Positions 11,338 through 19,659 of a stretch of DNA of 64,000 nucleotides are shown in pieces (positions within the stretch are counted from its first letter, which is position 1; the number at the start of each line of letters is the position of its first letter). The position numbers were made by a program, and so were the translations under genes. Source of the DNA: Longimicrobiales bacterium (GTDB taxonomy: Bacteria > Gemmatimonadota > Gemmatimonadetes > Longimicrobiales > Gaopeijiaceae); contig JAWLHJ010000003.1 in NCBI GenBank assembly GCA_041690395.1, positions 288,001 through 352,000 of the forward strand. Direction: 5' to 3'. The notes beneath the pieces were generated by a model, which was given only the letters and a program-made list of their open reading frames with translations, was not told where the DNA came from and made no database searches.

Positions 11338-11777
11338 GCCCCGAACACGACGCTGCCCGTGTAGCTGACCATCCACTGCACACCGAAGCGATCCCGGCAG
11401 CTTCCGTACTTCTCCGCCCATTCCGTCCGGCTCAACGCCATCTCGACGGTCCCCGCCTCCGAGAGGCCCTCGAAAACCCGCTCGGCGTCGTCCGGGCTGT
11501 CGAGCTCCAGGTGGATGTAGCTGTTCGTGCCGACGACGAACCCCTCTCGCCACGCCCCGATCACGTCGGTCCCCATGAGGGTCGTTCCGTTCCCGAGGGC
11601 GAGCCCGATGTTGGCGATGAGATCCAGCTCCGCGTCGGGAACGTCCATCGGGTCTTCGGGGAAGTCGCGATACCGGAACGGCCCGATGAGCTCCCCTCCC
11701 AGCACGGAGCGGTAGAAGTCGAACGCCTCTTCCGTGTTGCCGGGAAAGTTGAGGTACGGATTGACGGCCTTGATCAT
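11334..11777 (-). CDS. VOC family protein (PhnB-like)
   Basis: VNPYLNFPGNTEEAFDFYRSVLG, WAEKYG..RDRFGVQWMV; AGGAG RBS upstream. Confidence 0.88.
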   Translation of the reverse strand: MIKAVNPYLNFPGNTEEAFDFYRSVLGGELIGPFRYRDFPEDPMDVPDAELDLIANIGLALGNGTTLMGTDVIGAWREGFVVGTNSYIHLELDSPDDAERVFEGLSEAGTVEMALSRTEWAEKYGSCRDRFGVQWMVSYTGSVVFGA

Positions 11778-11830
11778 GGTGAGCTCCTCTGATTGTGGGC
11801 GCGCGGCCCTTGCGACGGGTTCTCCCGGTA

Positions 11831-11857
11831 GTCGTTCGACCGTGCCGCAATTCGACG
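11831..11857 (-). promoter_or_regulatory. putative ECF42-type promoter for the leftward VOC-GNAT operon
   Basis: Minus strand CGTCGA-17 bp-CGAC; resembles the ECF42 consensus TGTCGA...CG(A/T)C. Confidence 0.55.
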
Positions 11858-11891
11858 ATACCTCCGAGGCATCGATTCCGCCCACTTCCGC

Positions 11892-11918
11892 TGTCGAAAT
11901 CACCCGCTCTCACTCGAC
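11892..11918 (+). promoter_or_regulatory. putative ECF42-type promoter for the rightward VOC gene
   Basis: TGTCGA-17 bp-CGAC, 47 bp upstream of ATG 11966. Confidence 0.6.
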
Positions 11919-11965
11919 CATGGGATGAATCCGACCAACCCCAGCGAGGAGCCGACCCGTAACCC

Positions 11966-12466
11966 ATGCCCCATATCAACCTGACCCCGTGCCTCTGGTT
12001 CTCCGACGAGGCTGAAGAAGCCGCCGACGCCTACACGGCCATCTTCCCCAACTCCCGCATCGTGCGCGTGACCCGGTACGGCCGCGAGGGTCACGACCTG
12101 CACGGGCGCCCGGAAGGCTCCGTGATGACGGTCGACTTCGAGCTCGACGGCCATCCTCTGACCGCGCTGAACGGCGGACCCCATTTCACGTTCAACGAGG
12201 CGATCTCGCTACAGATCTTCTGTGATACCCAGGACGAGATCGACCGATATTGGGACGCCCTCGCGCAGGACGGCGATCCGCTGGCTCGGCAGTGCGGGTG
12301 GCTCAAGGACCGCTTCGGCGTGTCCTGGCAGGTGATTCCCAGGGGTCTGGATGCCCTCATCGCCGACCCGGACTCCCCCGCCTGCCAGAGGGCGATGTAT
12401 GCCCTTCTCCGCATGGAGAAGATCGACCTCGGAGCGATCCGGGCGGCGCACGCGGGAACGGCCTGA
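11966..12466 (+). CDS. VOC family protein (3-demethylubiquinone-9 3-methyltransferase-annotated, PhnB-like)
   Basis: LTPCLWF..EAEEAA, ALNGGPHFTFNEAISL, QCGWLKDRFGVSWQVIP. Confidence 0.92.
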   Translation: MPHINLTPCLWFSDEAEEAADAYTAIFPNSRIVRVTRYGREGHDLHGRPEGSVMTVDFELDGHPLTALNGGPHFTFNEAISLQIFCDTQDEIDRYWDALAQDGDPLARQCGWLKDRFGVSWQVIPRGLDALIADPDSPACQRAMYALLRMEKIDLGAIRAAHAGTA

Positions 12467-12550
12467 AGGCGATCCGCGAAGGCTGTCGCGAAGCGCGCCC
12501 GGGCCTTAGTCTCCCGGACCGGAAAATCATCCCGTGCTTCAGGAGATCGC

Positions 12551-13468
12551 ATGAAGAGGAAGGTCATGGTTCTGGCGACGCTCGCGTTCGCCGCCGCAGG
12601 GTGCTCGAGCGACGCCCAGGACGCCCAGCCCGAAGGACCGAGCGCCCAGGAGATCGCCGCGTCGGCCGCCGAGCGACAGGCCGAGCTCGACGCCGTCGAA
12701 CGGCCCATCGCGGCGCTGAACAGCCTGTGGCTGGAGGAGCTGACCTGGATCGAGATCCGGGACGCCGTGCGCGAGGGCAACACGACGGCGCTCATCCTCA
12801 CCGGTGGCGTCGAGTCGAACGGACCGTACCTCGCCTCCGGCAAGCACAACTACTCGAACCGGCTCATGGGCGAGTCCGTCGCCGAGGCGCTCGGAAATGC
12901 CTTGATCGCGCCGCTCGTCACCATCGAGCCCGGTCGCCCGAGCGGCCCGGTCACCGTCGGAAACACCGGCCCCATGGTCTCGCAGGACACCTACGTACGC
13001 TGGCTCGTCGACCTCGGGGACAGCCTCCGGGGGATGGGCTTCACCGAGATCTACTACATGGGGGACAGCGGCGGGAACCAGCGCGGACAGCAGGCGGCCG
13101 CGGATACCCTGAACGCCCGCTATGGGGGATCGCCGGCTGTGTTCCATCACGTGGCGGAGTTCTACAACCACGAGGAGGTCCGTCGCTGGATCCAGGAGGA
13201 TCTCGGCATCCCGGAGGAGATCGAGTACTCCGCGAGCCGCGGGTCCGACGGCATCCACGACGAGCTGTCGATCTCGGCGGTCATGTCCGTGCTCGATCCG
13301 ACGACGATCCGCTATGAGCAGCGGGTCGCCGAGGGGCTGGCGTCGATCAACGGCATCAGCCTCGAACCGCTGTCCGGGACGCAGGACCTGGGAAGACGGG
13401 TCATCGAGTACCGCACCGGTATCACCGTCGACGCCATCGAGGCGTTCCGCGCCGATCGAGGGCGCTGA
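12551..13468 (+). CDS. creatininase family protein, lipoprotein
   Basis: LEELTWIEIRD, TGGVESNGPYLASGKHN, MGDSGGNQ, IHDE; AAAGC lipobox; AGGAG RBS. Confidence 0.85.
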   Translation: MKRKVMVLATLAFAAAGCSSDAQDAQPEGPSAQEIAASAAERQAELDAVERPIAALNSLWLEELTWIEIRDAVREGNTTALILTGGVESNGPYLASGKHNYSNRLMGESVAEALGNALIAPLVTIEPGRPSGPVTVGNTGPMVSQDTYVRWLVDLGDSLRGMGFTEIYYMGDSGGNQRGQQAAADTLNARYGGSPAVFHHVAEFYNHEEVRRWIQEDLGIPEEIEYSASRGSDGIHDELSISAVMSVLDPTTIRYEQRVAEGLASINGISLEPLSGTQDLGRRVIEYRTGITVDAIEAFRADRGR

Positions 13469-13480
13469 GTTCCACGGGAG

Positions 13481-13509
13481 GCCCGTCGGCCCGGATCGGC
13501 CCGACGGGC
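13481..13509 (+). terminator. GC hairpin after the creatininase gene
   Basis: GCCCGTCGG...CCGACGGGC 9 bp stem with inner CCG/CGG pairing; no U tract. Confidence 0.4.
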
Positions 13510-13538
13510 GACCCCACCCCCACCCATTCAATCGACCC

Positions 13539-14000
13539 ATGTCCCAGGTAGAAATCCAGGTCGCCAGAGACTTTCCAGGCACCGCCGAGGTGGCCTACGG
13601 AATCCTCGCCGACTATCACGAGGGGCACCCCTCGATCCTCCCGACCCGGTACTTCACGCACCTCACGGTCGAGCGTGGCGGCCACGGTGCGGGAACGGTC
13701 ATCCGATTCGGGTTGAAGCTCGCCGGCCGGGTGCAGGAAGCCCGGGCGACCGTGTCGGAACCCGAGCCGGGACGCGTGCTCGTGGAGCGCGTGGAGGACT
13801 CGAGAGGCACCGAGACGACGTTCACCGTCGAGCCGCTTCCCGACCGGCACGTACGCGTCACCATCCGGACCGTGTGGACGGCTCGTGGGCTCTCGGGAGC
13901 CTTCGAGCGCTGGCTCGCCCCGCGACTCCTACGCCCGATCTACCGAGAGGAGCTCGAAAACCTGGAAGGTGTGGTGCGGGAGCGCCTCAGTACGCCATAG
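13539..14000 (+). CDS. SRPBCC / polyketide cyclase-dehydrase family protein
   Basis: YGILADYHEGHPSILP, GGHGAGTVIRF, EPEPGRVLVE, IYREELENL. Confidence 0.8.
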   Translation: MSQVEIQVARDFPGTAEVAYGILADYHEGHPSILPTRYFTHLTVERGGHGAGTVIRFGLKLAGRVQEARATVSEPEPGRVLVERVEDSRGTETTFTVEPLPDRHVRVTIRTVWTARGLSGAFERWLAPRLLRPIYREELENLEGVVRERLSTP

Positions 14001-15000
14001 CGTAGATGATGAGGTTCAGGAAGAGCCGGGACGCGAACGTCGAATAGGACAGCGGATAGCTCGGAGACTCCGCCCACTCGAGCGCGTCGCCGAGGTCGGT
14101 GTTCCAGTTGATGGCGACGATGAGCCGGCCGTTCCGGTCGAAGATGCCACGAAGATGCGCCTCATAGCCGTCGCGCTCCCACGTTCGAGCGCCGGGGATG
14201 CCGCGGGCGACCGCCTGGCCGTTGCCGACGTTCGGAACCTGGACGATGTCCTCGTCGATCTCGTAGTAGGAACGGAAGACGGCGTGGTCGCGCGGTACGT
14301 CGACGATGGAATGTTCGGGGAGCACGCGGCTCAGCTGGTACTCGACGTTGCGCCACTCGGCGGTCCCCCAGAAGTCGTCGAGCATCAGAAAGCCACCGGC
14401 GAGCAGATAGTCGCGCAGTCCCCGGACCTCGGCGTCCGTGAGGTCTGCGTACCCCCACTCCAGGCTGTAGAGGAACGGGTAGCGACGGAGGTCCGGATCG
14501 GCGAGTGAGATCGGGCGCTCCCACTCGCAGGCGTCCAGGTTGGACAAGCGTGTGGCGACACGGGCCATGACACGGTCGGCGTTCGGATAGTCGATCGACC
14601 ATCCGGGGCCGCGGTCTCCGAGACGGTCCCCGCCCCCACCGAAATAACCCCCTCCCCGGTAGCCGGTGTACATGGCCCGGGCGAAGTAGAACTGATAGGG
14701 TCGGGCCGGCTCGCCCGGCGGCGGCTTGAAGTAGCCTTCGGGCATGACCTCCATCTCGGAGAGGCGCCTGGGGCCCGGCCCGCACGTCCATGCCGTCGAC
14801 GACGGCGGGAGGAGCGGCGGGGTCGCGCGCGCCGCATGGAGCGACGGAGGGGTGGCCGATGCGCGGAACGCCGAGCCCGCGACCACCGGAGTGCGGCTCT
14901 CTGCGACGCCCGGCGCCGTCCGCCAGGCCCCCGCGATCCCGCCCGCGGTCGCGAGCACGGCGGCCAGGCCGGCCCCCACCCACAGCACACGCCCCTTCAT
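13987..15000 (-). CDS. DUF4159 domain protein with signal peptide
   Basis: FYFARAMY, WSIDYPNAD, YPFLY, LRDYLLAGGFLMLDDFWG, NWNTDLGDALE. Confidence 0.82.
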   Translation of the reverse strand: MKGRVLWVGAGLAAVLATAGGIAGAWRTAPGVAESRTPVVAGSAFRASATPPSLHAARATPPLLPPSSTAWTCGPGPRRLSEMEVMPEGYFKPPPGEPARPYQFYFARAMYTGYRGGGYFGGGGDRLGDRGPGWSIDYPNADRVMARVATRLSNLDACEWERPISLADPDLRRYPFLYSLEWGYADLTDAEVRGLRDYLLAGGFLMLDDFWGTAEWRNVEYQLSRVLPEHSIVDVPRDHAVFRSYYEIDEDIVQVPNVGNGQAVARGIPGARTWERDGYEAHLRGIFDRNGRLIVAINWNTDLGDALEWAESPSYPLSYSTFASRLFLNLIIYAMAY

Positions 15001-15190
15001 CGGGGACGACTCCTGGCGGGCGTGACGCTTTCCGGCATGTCCACCACTCCTTGGGGGCAACGTTCAAGTCCCTACACCCTTCGCCACTCCGGGGTCGCAC
15101 GATCCGTGCCCTTCCAAGGACCGGGTGCGGCACCCTCCGCCCCACGCGGAGTATCATGCGCACGTCGACCACTACCCGAGAGCCCCCCGG

Positions 15191-15673
15191 ATGCCGGCAC
15201 CTCCGTACCTGACATCCCGTCTCGACCGACGGCCCGCGACATCGGCCGCGGCACGATACCGCCCTCGGCGCCCCGCCCGCGCCGCTGCGCGGGTGACCCT
15301 GGCCGCCCTGGCGCTCGCCTCCGCCGCCTGCGCCAGAGGCGTGGAAACGCCCGACTTCAGGGGAACGCGCACCACTCAGGCGGCGCCCATCCAGGTAGAC
15401 GTCCACAACCTCAACTACGCTGACATCACCGTCCATGCAAGCCGTGACGGCGCGTGGCGAAGGATCGGGCAGGTCACCGGTAATACCGAGCAGACCCTGC
15501 AGGTGCCAGCGGACATCGGCTCACCGGCCGGATATCTCCGGTTGCGCGTACACGCGATCGGGTCGCCCGACGCGAGCGACTTCGTCACGGACGGCATCAT
15601 GGCGGGCGGCGGGGACATCGTCGAACTGCGTGTGGCCCCGGTGCTCCGCATGTCGAGCTGGTCGGTCCGATAG
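15191..15673 (+). CDS. hypothetical lipoprotein
   Basis: LALASAAC lipobox, then a beta-rich domain (VHNLNYADITVH, RRIGQVTG). Start uncertain. Confidence 0.6.
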   Translation: MPAPPYLTSRLDRRPATSAAARYRPRRPARAAARVTLAALALASAACARGVETPDFRGTRTTQAAPIQVDVHNLNYADITVHASRDGAWRRIGQVTGNTEQTLQVPADIGSPAGYLRLRVHAIGSPDASDFVTDGIMAGGGDIVELRVAPVLRMSSWSVR

Positions 15674-15678
15674 CCTGA

Positions 15679-16632
15679 ATGACGGATTCGCTCGTTCCGC
15701 TGATCCCGATTCTGCTCGGGCTCGCAGTCCTTTGGGTCGGAGCCGGGCTGGTGCTTCATGGCGCCACCCGCATGGGAAGCCGCTCGCCACGCTGGGAGAT
15801 GCTCGCCGGACTGGCCATGGCCGCGATGGCGCCGGTCCTACCCGAGATCGGCATCTCGCTCGCGGTCGCCGCGTCGGAGGCGTCGGCGGAAGCGGTGTCC
15901 GGGCTGGTGGTCGGGACCGTGCTCGGGAGCGTCCTCGCGCGCGCGACGTTCGTACTCGGATGCGGAGGCCTGATCGGCGTGTCTCGGCCGCAACCGCCCG
16001 ACGCCGCGACCCGCCCGCCCCTGGTGCTCGGGGCCGTCGCTCTGGTCGCCATCCTCTCCATCGACGGATTCCTGGGCCCGATCGACGGAGGCGTATTGGT
16101 CTCGCTCGGCCTCGTGAGCCTCGTCCGCCGCACCCGGACCCGGGCCGCCGTGAGGACCGGCCCGGCCGCCCGTCACGGACTGCTCCCCGACCCGTTCGTG
16201 ATCGTGTCCGGGTTGGCCGTGGCCGGTTTCGCGGCGTGGCTGCTCGCGCCGCGCGCGCTCACGCTGTCCGGGACGTGGGGCATCGACCCGATGCTGGTCG
16301 GCCTGCTCGTGCTCGGGGTCGGCGCGAGCCTCCCCGAGCTCGTCCTGGCCGTGAACGCAGCCACGAGGGGAGAGCGCGAGCTGTCGGCCTCCTCGGTGCT
16401 GGCCAACGGAACGCTGGGCCTCCTCCTCCCGCTCGGCCTGGGGGCGCTCATTCGTCCGCTGGGTGTCGACCGGCTGGCCCTCCTCCTCGATCTGCCGGCC
16501 CTCGGGATCGTGATCCTCTGCCTGTGGACGTGGGACCGTCGGGGCGTACGGGTCGCGGGAGCACGCGCGGCTACGCTCCTCGCGGCCTTCCTCATCTACG
16601 TGGTCGCTCGAATGGCGTCGAGCTGGCTCTGA
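15679..16632 (+). CDS. CaCA-family (YrbG-like) sodium:calcium antiporter, divergent
   Basis: About 10 TM helices; two alpha-repeat remnants (APVLPE, GASLPE). Confidence 0.72.
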   Translation: MTDSLVPLIPILLGLAVLWVGAGLVLHGATRMGSRSPRWEMLAGLAMAAMAPVLPEIGISLAVAASEASAEAVSGLVVGTVLGSVLARATFVLGCGGLIGVSRPQPPDAATRPPLVLGAVALVAILSIDGFLGPIDGGVLVSLGLVSLVRRTRTRAAVRTGPAARHGLLPDPFVIVSGLAVAGFAAWLLAPRALTLSGTWGIDPMLVGLLVLGVGASLPELVLAVNAATRGERELSASSVLANGTLGLLLPLGLGALIRPLGVDRLALLLDLPALGIVILCLWTWDRRGVRVAGARAATLLAAFLIYVVARMASSWL

Positions 16633-16654
16633 CGAGCCGTCCGGCGAGACCGTC

Positions 16655-16972
16655 CTACAGCGCGTCCGGATCCGCGAGCCGCCGCAGATACTCGAACGGA
16701 TAGATCCCCGTGCTGTGGCCGTCGCTCCACATGAACTGGAGCGCGTACCGCCCCACGTAGTGGATCTCGGTCGGATACACGCCGGGGTCGATCATCTCGG
16801 GCACGAGCATACGCTCCCCGGTCATCTCGTCCACGCATCCGGCACAGGGGCAGCGCAGCCGCAGGTCTCGCGGAGCATGCTCCGTGACGAAGCCGTCTTT
16901 CCAACGGATACGGAGGCGGGCGCCGTCCTCGGTGGGCGCGATGTCCTCGGGAACGAACCGGTGGTCAGCCAC
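16655..16972 (-). CDS. DUF971 (GBBH-like N-terminal) Cys-rich protein
   Basis: LRIRWKDG, LRLRCPCAGC, VGRYALQFMWSDGHSTGIY. Confidence 0.9.
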   Translation of the reverse strand: MADHRFVPEDIAPTEDGARLRIRWKDGFVTEHAPRDLRLRCPCAGCVDEMTGERMLVPEMIDPGVYPTEIHYVGRYALQFMWSDGHSTGIYPFEYLRRLADPDAL

Positions 16973-17627
16973 GGGCGTCGTCCGCTCGCCGCCGAAGCGC
17001 GGCCGCAAGGGCCCGGAAGGCCTCACCCCGGTGGCTACGCGCGTCCTTCTCCTCGGGCGACAGCTCCGCGAAGGTCCGTCCGAGCTCGGGGACGAGCACG
17101 TGCGGATCGTATCCGAACCCGCCATCCCCCCGCGGCTCGTCCACGATGGTGCCGTCGGCCGCTCCTCGCGTGACGAGGCCGGCATCACCGGTCTGCCCGT
17201 CGAGCATCACCGCCACGCACACGTAGCGCGCGGTTCGCCGGTCGGCGTCCACGCCGCGCAGTCGTTCGACGAGGTAGACGTTGTTCGCCGCGTCCTGCCC
17301 CCCGTGTCCCTCGGCGAGCTCCGGCGGCGCGAACCGCTTGCTCCGAACCCCGGGTGCACCGTCGAGGGCGTCGACCACGATGCCCGAGTCGTCGGCCACG
17401 GTGGGTATGCCCGTCTTCCGAAAGAAGTAGGCGGCCTTGGACCGCGCGTTCTCCTCGAAGGTATCGAACGGCTCCAGTCCGTCTTCCTCGGGCGCCTCGG
17501 CGATGCCGGCGTCGTCGAGCGACAGCACCTCGAGACCCGGGACGTCGGCGAGGATCCGGCGGATCTCCCGCATCTTGCCCGCGCTCCTGGTGGCGACCAG
17601 GAGCTTCCCCGGCCCGGAGATCGTCAC
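16965..17627 (-). CDS. rdgB: non-canonical purine NTP pyrophosphatase (RdgB/HAM1)
   Basis: [44 protein letters not shown]; follows rph. Confidence 0.94.
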   Translation of the reverse strand: MTISGPGKLLVATRSAGKMREIRRILADVPGLEVLSLDDAGIAEAPEEDGLEPFDTFEENARSKAAYFFRKTGIPTVADDSGIVVDALDGAPGVRSKRFAPPELAEGHGGQDAANNVYLVERLRGVDADRRTARYVCVAVMLDGQTGDAGLVTRGAADGTIVDEPRGDGGFGYDPHVLVPELGRTFAELSPEEKDARSHRGEAFRALAAALRRRADDARG

Positions 17628-18340
17628 GGACGGAGGGCGCGCGCCTGGGCCGCGAGCAACGCCTCGATGCCCGAGGTCGCGAGATCGAGCAGGGCGTCCA
17701 GCTCGTCGCGTCGGAACGGGTCGCCCTCGGCTGTTCCCTGGACCTCCACGAGACCGCCGCTCTCCGTGCCGACCACGTTCATGTCGACCTGCGCCCGGAC
17801 GTCTTCGCGGTAATCGAGGTCCAGGCGGGGCATGCCGTCCACGATGCCGACGCTTACCGCCGCGACCCGCTCGCTCACGGGATTCCGCTCGACCAGACCT
17901 TCGTCGAGCATCCACCGGCCGGCGAGGATGAGGGCCACGCAGGCCCCGGTGATCGAGGCCGTCCGGGTCCCGCCGTCGGCCTGGAGCACGTCGCAGTCGA
18001 CGGTGACCGTGTGCTGACCGAGGGCCTGCATGTCGGTGACGGAGCGGAGCGAGCGGCCGATCAGCCGCTGGATCTCCTGGGTACGTCCCTTGGGACCGTT
18101 TCGCTCTCGTCCGGACCGCGTGTGGGTCGCGCGGGGCAGCATCGCGTACTCGCCCGTAACCCACCCGGCGCCGCTCCTGAGCCGCCAGTCGGGAACGCCT
18201 TCGACCACGGAGGCCGTGCAGAGAACCCGGGTGTCACCGGTCGAGATGGTGCACGAGCCCTCGGCATACGGAGCCACGCCCGTCTCGATCGTGATCGGTC
18301 GCGGCTCGTCGAGCCTCCTTCCATCGGGGCGGTCAGCCAT
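17624..18340 (-). CDS. rph: ribonuclease PH
   Basis: [60 protein letters not shown]. Confidence 0.97.
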   Translation of the reverse strand: MADRPDGRRLDEPRPITIETGVAPYAEGSCTISTGDTRVLCTASVVEGVPDWRLRSGAGWVTGEYAMLPRATHTRSGRERNGPKGRTQEIQRLIGRSLRSVTDMQALGQHTVTVDCDVLQADGGTRTASITGACVALILAGRWMLDEGLVERNPVSERVAAVSVGIVDGMPRLDLDYREDVRAQVDMNVVGTESGGLVEVQGTAEGDPFRRDELDALLDLATSGIEALLAAQARALRP

Positions 18341-18821
18341 CCCCAGTCTCCCTGATTCGTCGCAGCAGTGCCGTCGTGGAGTAGCCCTCCACGAACGGTA
18401 TGATCTCCACGCGCCCCCCCGCCCCTTCGACCGCTTCGCGGCCGACGACCTGATCGACGGTGTAGTCCCCGCCCTTCACCAGGACGTCCGGCAGGAGCGC
18501 CTCGATGAGCGCGGCGGGTGTATCCTCGTCGAACAGGGACACGGCGTCCACCGACTCGAGCGAGGCGAGCACGAGCGCCCGCGCTTCTTCTCCCACGAGG
18601 GGACGGTCCGCGGCCTTGTCGAGCCGACGTACCGACGCGTCGGTGTTCACACCGACCACGAGGGCGTCTCCGAGCGCGCGCGCCCGGGCCAGGTAGGTCA
18701 CGTGCCCGGGGTGCAGGAGATCGAAGCACCCGTTCGTGAAGACCAGTCGCCCGGTGCGCGGGCGGCCGAACCTGGCCAGGAGCACGTCTCTCGACAGCAC
18801 CTTGTCCGCAGGGCGTCTCAC
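18333..18821 (-). CDS. rfaE2: D-glycero-beta-D-manno-heptose 1-phosphate adenylyltransferase (stand-alone HldE domain II)
   Basis: [40 protein letters not shown]. Confidence 0.93.
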   Translation of the reverse strand: MRRPADKVLSRDVLLARFGRPRTGRLVFTNGCFDLLHPGHVTYLARARALGDALVVGVNTDASVRRLDKAADRPLVGEEARALVLASLESVDAVSLFDEDTPAALIEALLPDVLVKGGDYTVDQVVGREAVEGAGGRVEIIPFVEGYSTTALLRRIRETGDG

Positions 18822-18831
18822 GCCGGCGTCC

Positions 18832-19644
18832 TCATGCGGAGGCCGCGGCCGCGAGCAGGTCGCGCCCGCCGCGCTCGATCAGCTGCTCGGCGATACGACG
18901 CCCCGCGGTCGCCGGATCGTCGAGCCGCCCGGAGAAGTCGGCACGGACGAGCCGTCGGTCCGCACGGGCGGGCAGCAGCGCACGCATCCGGAGCAGCGGG
19001 CCGTGGGGCCGGGCCATCACACCGACCGGCGCATCCGGGCCCACGTCGAGCACTTGGAGGACGACCTGCTCGGCCTCGAGCGCCGCACGGGCGGCCGGCT
19101 CGTCCAGCTCGGCGAGAATCTCCGTCAGGGCGTTCTGGTCGGCGTCGGCCTGGAGCACGACGCTTCCCCGCCCCACCGCGGTCGCCCAGGAGGTCGGCTC
19201 GAAGATCTCGCGGATCACGTCGCCGAGCCCGACCGCACGCGCCACGCCCACCGGCGCGATCCATGCATGGACATCCCCCCGCTCGAGCAGATCGGCGGCC
19301 TCGCGTGCGTCTTCGACACGTACCTCGCGCAACTCCACGCGATGCACGCCGAGCATCTCCGCGCGGAGGCCACCAGCCAGCGCTACCCGGGCACCGGCCG
19401 GGAGCTCGGACAGGCTCGGCTTTCCCTCGGGGCCGGTCACGAGCGCGTCGCGCGGCTCGGCCAGACCGATGACCGCCGCGGAGCGCGCCGGCATCTCCGT
19501 GAGCCCCTCGGCCGAAGTCAGGTGCAACTCGGCATCGTGGTCGGCGTCCACGACCGTCACGGAGAAACCCAGGGCGGCAAGCCGGTCCGCGAGACGCGCG
19601 GCCTGACCTCGGAGCGGATCCGCAACCGCCAATCGCAAGCTCAC
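18832..19644 (-). CDS. hydroxymethylbilane synthase (HemC)-like protein, predicted catalytically inactive
   Basis: Co-linear with HemC ([43 protein letters not shown]) but lacks the cofactor Cys, the catalytic Asp and most conserved Args. Confidence 0.8.
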   Translation of the reverse strand: MSLRLAVADPLRGQAARLADRLAALGFSVTVVDADHDAELHLTSAEGLTEMPARSAAVIGLAEPRDALVTGPEGKPSLSELPAGARVALAGGLRAEMLGVHRVELREVRVEDAREAADLLERGDVHAWIAPVGVARAVGLGDVIREIFEPTSWATAVGRGSVVLQADADQNALTEILAELDEPAARAALEAEQVVLQVLDVGPDAPVGVMARPHGPLLRMRALLPARADRRLVRADFSGRLDDPATAGRRIAEQLIERGGRDLLAAAASA

Positions 19645-19659
19645 GCGCGCCGCTCCCGG

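Noticed and set aside
16655..16972. DUF971 as evidence of a link to 'Mrp' proteins
   Set aside because: DUF971 associates with the Mrp/NBP35 Fe-S ATPase, which is unrelated to the Mrp antiporter; a name coincidence.
18832..19644. Calling the hemC-like gene a pseudogene or a functional hemC
   Set aside because: No stops or frameshifts and tight operon coupling argue against a pseudogene; missing catalytic residues argue against HemC activity.
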